Shown: piece by piece, positions 61,101 to 64,000 of the stretch
Layout: every line of letters begins with the position of its first letter
How positions within the stretch are numbered: the first letter of the stretch is position 1
Assembly (NCBI GenBank): GCA_026770705.1
Contig: JANJGN010000052.1
Span: 2,356,001-2,420,000 of the forward strand
DNA length: 64,000 nucleotides
Source of the DNA: Isurus oxyrinchus
Taxonomy: Eukaryota
Direction: 5' to 3'
Notes under the pieces: model-generated
Seen by the model: only the letters and a program-made list of their open reading frames with translations
Databases searched by the model: none
What the model was told of the DNA's origin: nothing
Position numbers and translations under genes: made by a program

Positions 61101-62499
61101 CCCGTCTGATGTTGTTTATAATCAGGGAACAGTCGCCATCTTTCAGGTCTCCAGACAGCCGGGTCCGATGGCGGAACCGTGGTAACTCGTGACTGTGATC
61201 CTTGGAGTGAAAGGCTATAGACGATGTTCTCCATTCCTCATTATTAAACCAGACTCCATCTCGTGGCTGAATTTTCAAATCTGTTGGGTAACTGTAATTA
61301 AATGGAATCTGTACACAGGAACCTTCCTGCGCTGTCACCTCTCGTGGAGTGTCGCCTTTCCACTCTTGTGACAGTCCAACTGGGGAGAGAAATATCAATA
61401 TTTAACTCTGGATGGTTTGTAGATCCACTAGACTCGATATCCACCCCCTCCATCACTGGGGCACAGTGGCTGCAGTGTGGACCATCTACAGGACACACAA
61501 GGAACTCCCCAAGGTTTCACAATGGATTGAAGAGATTCCTGGACACAGGAGTGGACAAGTTCATTCTACATTGGCTCATGGTCCTCAGGACCCTGTTTAG
61601 TGAAGCCAGTCTTCCACCCAACACAGTGTCTACAAGATACACAGGGAAACTGTGTAAACATCTCATCTCTCTACACTGACTGGTTTGTCTTCGGTTTAAC
61701 TTTCAGTATTTTTAAATTTCCATATTGTGGTTGCTATGGTGAAACTGTGCAGGAAGTGCGAGGGCTGGACTCTCTGTCTATTCTGACTGCAGCTGTGATG
61801 TAGTCGTGGTGGTTTTCAGTAAAATGAAACCCTCTGAGCTCCTCCATCCCCGAGGTTTAGGGAGTGAATTCCAGAGCTCAGGCCCCAGGCAGCTGAAGGC
61901 CCGGCCGCCAGTATTGGAGTGATGGGAATCGGGGGATGGTCAAGAGGCCGGAATTGGAGTAACACAGAGATCTGGGACGTTGGTTGGGAGAGTTGCAGGA
62001 GGTGACAGAGATAAAGAGTCAGTTTGTGGCAATGGAGGCATTTCAACACAGTGCTCTGAATTTTATGTTTGTGATGTTGTAGGACCAGGAGTCAGAAAAC
62101 ACAGGTGTGAACGGAGAATGGAGTTTGGTGTGAGTTTGCACATTGGGTCACTGCTGAATCTGAACCCAAACAGAGCTCAGTAAGAATCTTAAGATTCTGC
62201 TTGAGCTACAACAAACTTGCCTATCTCTGTAACCTCCTCCAGCCCCTACAACCCTCTGAGATCTCTGCTCTCCCCCCGTTCTGCTGTCAGACAGGGAGTC
62301 AGTGTATATCAGTGAGCACAGGGGTGATGGGTGAATGGGACTTGGTGTGAGTTTGTACACTGGCTCACTGCTGAATCAGTTCCCAGTCACAGCTCAATAA
62401 GAATGATCTTTTACAAAGACTATTAATCATAAATCTGTCCGAGATGACGATGATATTACCTTGGAGAAGTGACAGGAGGAAGTAAGATTTCCCGATCAT
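48877..62499 (-). CDS. Siglec-like gene C (multi-exon): L-V1-[V2 with stop]-V3-D2-membrane-proximal Ig-TM-tail; 597 aa if V2 is skipped, otherwise truncated
   Basis: Exons 62460-62499, 61014-61379, 57772-58140, 55892-56260, 55224-55520, 52464-52757, 51158-51254, 50355-50436, 48877-49125; phases compatible. Confidence 0.75.
49483..50218. mobile_element. Solo-LTR-like element (related copies ~45609-46422, ~58820-59812, 12231-12530)
   Basis: Starts tgttac and ends tgtgtcataaca; shared internal motifs such as aaggaacctcatt and tttaattggattaaagcca. Confidence 0.6.
50355..50436 (-). CDS. Gene C cytoplasmic exon 1
   Basis: 82 nt; RKTAMEERVSGTSDIALTPSPLSVKHQ. Confidence 0.85.
50560..50990 (+). mobile_element. 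LINE 3' fragment of the same family as 15650-16120
   Basis: KKLDTIYDKAARLI..CTIYKMHCS..LLRQLLPNPRPLPSRRTRAA. Confidence 0.8.
51158..51254 (-). CDS. Gene C transmembrane exon
   Basis: 97 nt; appears identical to the gene B TM exon. Confidence 0.9.
51790..52115. repeat. AT-rich ~33-bp minisatellite
   Basis: aatccatgtaacatttatatataatattt, about 9-10 units. Confidence 0.85.
52464..52757 (-). CDS. Gene C membrane-proximal MAG/Siglec-type Ig exon
   Basis: 294 nt, AG/GT; KPEISQQSECTRRSEGVTCICVATSNPPGDLTWHLP..VTGSLTL..IASCSVQNPHGEA. Confidence 0.88.
53070..53450. repeat. 37-bp minisatellite
   Basis: cctccctatctctgtaacctcctccagccccttcaac, about 10 units. Confidence 0.92.
53590..54644 (+). mobile_element. 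Older Penelope-like 3' fragment (GIY-YIG)
   Basis: NLIYCLHCSQCGLLYMGQTKHRLGDR..LEEQHLIFR.GTLQPSGLNIE. Confidence 0.85.
54964..55030 (-). pseudogene. 67-nt remnant of the C2 repeat exon in gene C
   Basis: DYQCVAENEHGAVEGFITITVE with intact donor; identity to the gene B repeats stops abruptly at 55030. Confidence 0.85.
55224..55520 (-). CDS. Gene C Siglec domain 2 exon
   Basis: 297 nt, near-identical to gene B domain 2. Confidence 0.9.
55892..56260 (-). CDS. Gene C V-set exon V3
   Basis: 369 nt, open; AEPSQEW..IPCHYSYQSC..PYLFRIE. Confidence 0.9.
57772..58140 (-). pseudogene. Gene C V-set exon V2 with nonsense codon
   Basis: E-strand Cys codon TGT changed to TGA at 57887-57889; both splice sites intact. 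Confidence 0.85.
59968..60550. mobile_element. GC-rich non-autonomous DNA-transposon-like insert (similar end at ~47158)
   Basis: Abrupt GC/CpG rise; imperfect terminal inverted repeats ggcagaaatt ... aattccaccc; interrupts a CR1 fragment. Confidence 0.45.
61014..61379 (-). CDS. Gene C V-set exon V1
   Basis: 366 nt, open; VGLSQEW..CVQIPFNYSYPTDLKIQPRDGVWFNNEEWRTSSIAFH..YFFRIE. Confidence 0.9.
62460..62499 (-). CDS. Gene C leader exon
   Basis: MIGKSYFLLSLLQ-G|gtaat. Confidence 0.85.
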
Positions 62500-62949
62500 T
62501 GTCCACTCCCAGATATTCCATCCACTTCTCACTCTCAAACTGTGAAAGAGAAAGGAGTTAATGAGACCTCACCTCTTGTCCGACAGCTCTCGAGAGATCA
62601 GAACTGCTTTTAAACAATGTCTTCACAGACTAATTTGATTCTCTGTGGGATGATAGGTGCTCTGCAGAGAGTTACAAGGCTTTAAGAAAGAAAAACAATG
62701 AAGGACTTGCATTTCTATAGCACCTTTCACCACCTCAAGACATCCCAAAGCTCATGTCTCTGCACTTCCCTCATCCCTTGAGCTAGAAAGATGTTCTGTG
62801 CAACAGACTTGAGTCTCACACCCAGATCTCAATAACCAGTAGAAATCTTTCAAAGGCATCAATCATTGGAATCTGTCTTTATAAAGTCACAACATCAACA
62901 AAGGACGGTGTTGGTGGTGGAAGTGAATTCCAATCATTCCGTTACTTAC

Positions 62950-63092
62950 CCAGGACCTGTCCGACTGCTCGCCTGGGGAGGAACTGCCCACACGCTCTGC
63001 TTGGGCTGAATGACCTCTTCCCGTGCTGCTCCCTCTGTGTGTTTAATTAGAAAGGGTGGATGTGTCACTGTGAGACAAAATGAGGAAGTGGG
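62950..63092 (-). promoter_or_regulatory. Gene C candidate non-coding exon 1 and promoter with PU.1 site
   Basis: Donor GTAAGT at 62949; AAATGAGGAAGTG at 63078-63090. Confidence 0.5.
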
Positions 63093-63309
63093 TAACCAGT
63101 GAGAAGATCGAGGATGTTTTGCGCTCTCAGCAAAACGTTTACCATGTGATGATCTGTCAGCTCATATTTGGGCAGCTGTAGTCATGAAGCTTCTCCATTG
63201 GCTCCGTGGGATTAGACTCCTGCCCCTCACTTCGGAGGCTGAAACTCAGGCGATAAGAGTTCCCAATACAGGTCTCTGGCCTTATGATACATTTCAACGA
63301 TCCCTGATC

Positions 63310-64000
63310 ATTACGGAGGGAGTGCTGCACTGTCAGCGGCACTGTACTGTGGGAGTGCTGCACTGTCAGAGAGTCAGTAATGTGGGAGGGCTGCACTGTC
63401 AGAGGGTCAGTAATGTGGGAGTGCTGCAACATCAGAGGGTCAGTAATGAGGGAGTGCTGCACTATCAGAGGGTAAATAATGTGGGAGTGCTGAACTGTCG
63501 GTGGGTCTGTACTGAGTGGGTTCCGCACAGTTGGAGGGTCAGTATTGAGGGGGTGCCGGACTGTGGGAGGGTTAGTACTGAGGTAGAGTGGAGTGTGAGG
63601 AGATATCCTTTTATGGCAGAGTTTAACTGGAATTTATTTAAACACAATTCTTGTACTGTGTGTTATTGCAAAAGAAAGGATTTGAGGAACTAAGTCTTGT
63701 TCCCGTAAGCCTAAAAATAATTTTCACGGATTTCAATGATTTAGCATTGAAACCTCGCTCTTTGGGCACCAGTCTTGATTGAAACAACTCGCACAGCACA
63801 GTGGGAGGGTGAGTACTGAGGGTGTGCTGCACTGTGGGAGGGTGAGTACTGAGCGCGGGCTCACTGTGGGAGTGTGAGTACTGAGGGAGTGCTGCACTGT
63901 GGGAGACTGAGTACTGAGAGAGTGCTGCACTGTCAGAGGATCAGTAATGAGGGAGTGCTGCACTGTCAGAGGGTCAGTAATGTGGGAGGGCTGCACTGTC
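63310..64000. repeat. Degenerate 33-bp satellite arrays (63310-63590, 63797-64000)
   Basis: gggagtgctgcactgtcagagggtcagta units. Confidence 0.88.

Noticed and set aside
17908-62499. Assigning a gene symbol (MAG, CD22, SIGLEC1, CD33)
   Set aside because: Domain features are mixed and orthology cannot be established without phylogeny and synteny.

Overview
Vertebrate genomic DNA, very likely a cartilaginous fish, judged from the repeat content (DeuSINE-like SINEs, CR1, RTE, Penelope-like elements, a 33-bp satellite). The window holds a minus-strand tandem cluster of Siglec-like (CD33-related/MAG/CD22-type) immunoglobulin-superfamily receptor genes, reconstructed by hand from GT-AG splice sites and exon phases. 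Gene C (62499-48877): leader, three tandem V-set exons (the middle one with a nonsense codon), Siglec domain 2, a 67-nt remnant of a C2 exon, a MAG-like membrane-proximal domain, TM, and a tyrosine-motif tail. Gene B (44289-17908): leader, two V-set exons, domain 2, nine near-identical 282-nt C2 exons (one with a mutated acceptor), TM and tail, about 1250-1350 aa. Gene A (4231-~3076): a divergent leader plus a V exon truncated by a Ty3/Gypsy remnant. B and C are segmental duplicates that lost reciprocal ectodomain modules. The most striking feature is a multi-V, accordion-stalk Siglec architecture in which every internal V domain has an extra BC-loop Cys that could re-create the Siglec inter-domain disulfide. 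The long ORFs in the track are satellite artefacts. All gene models are predictions without expression data.
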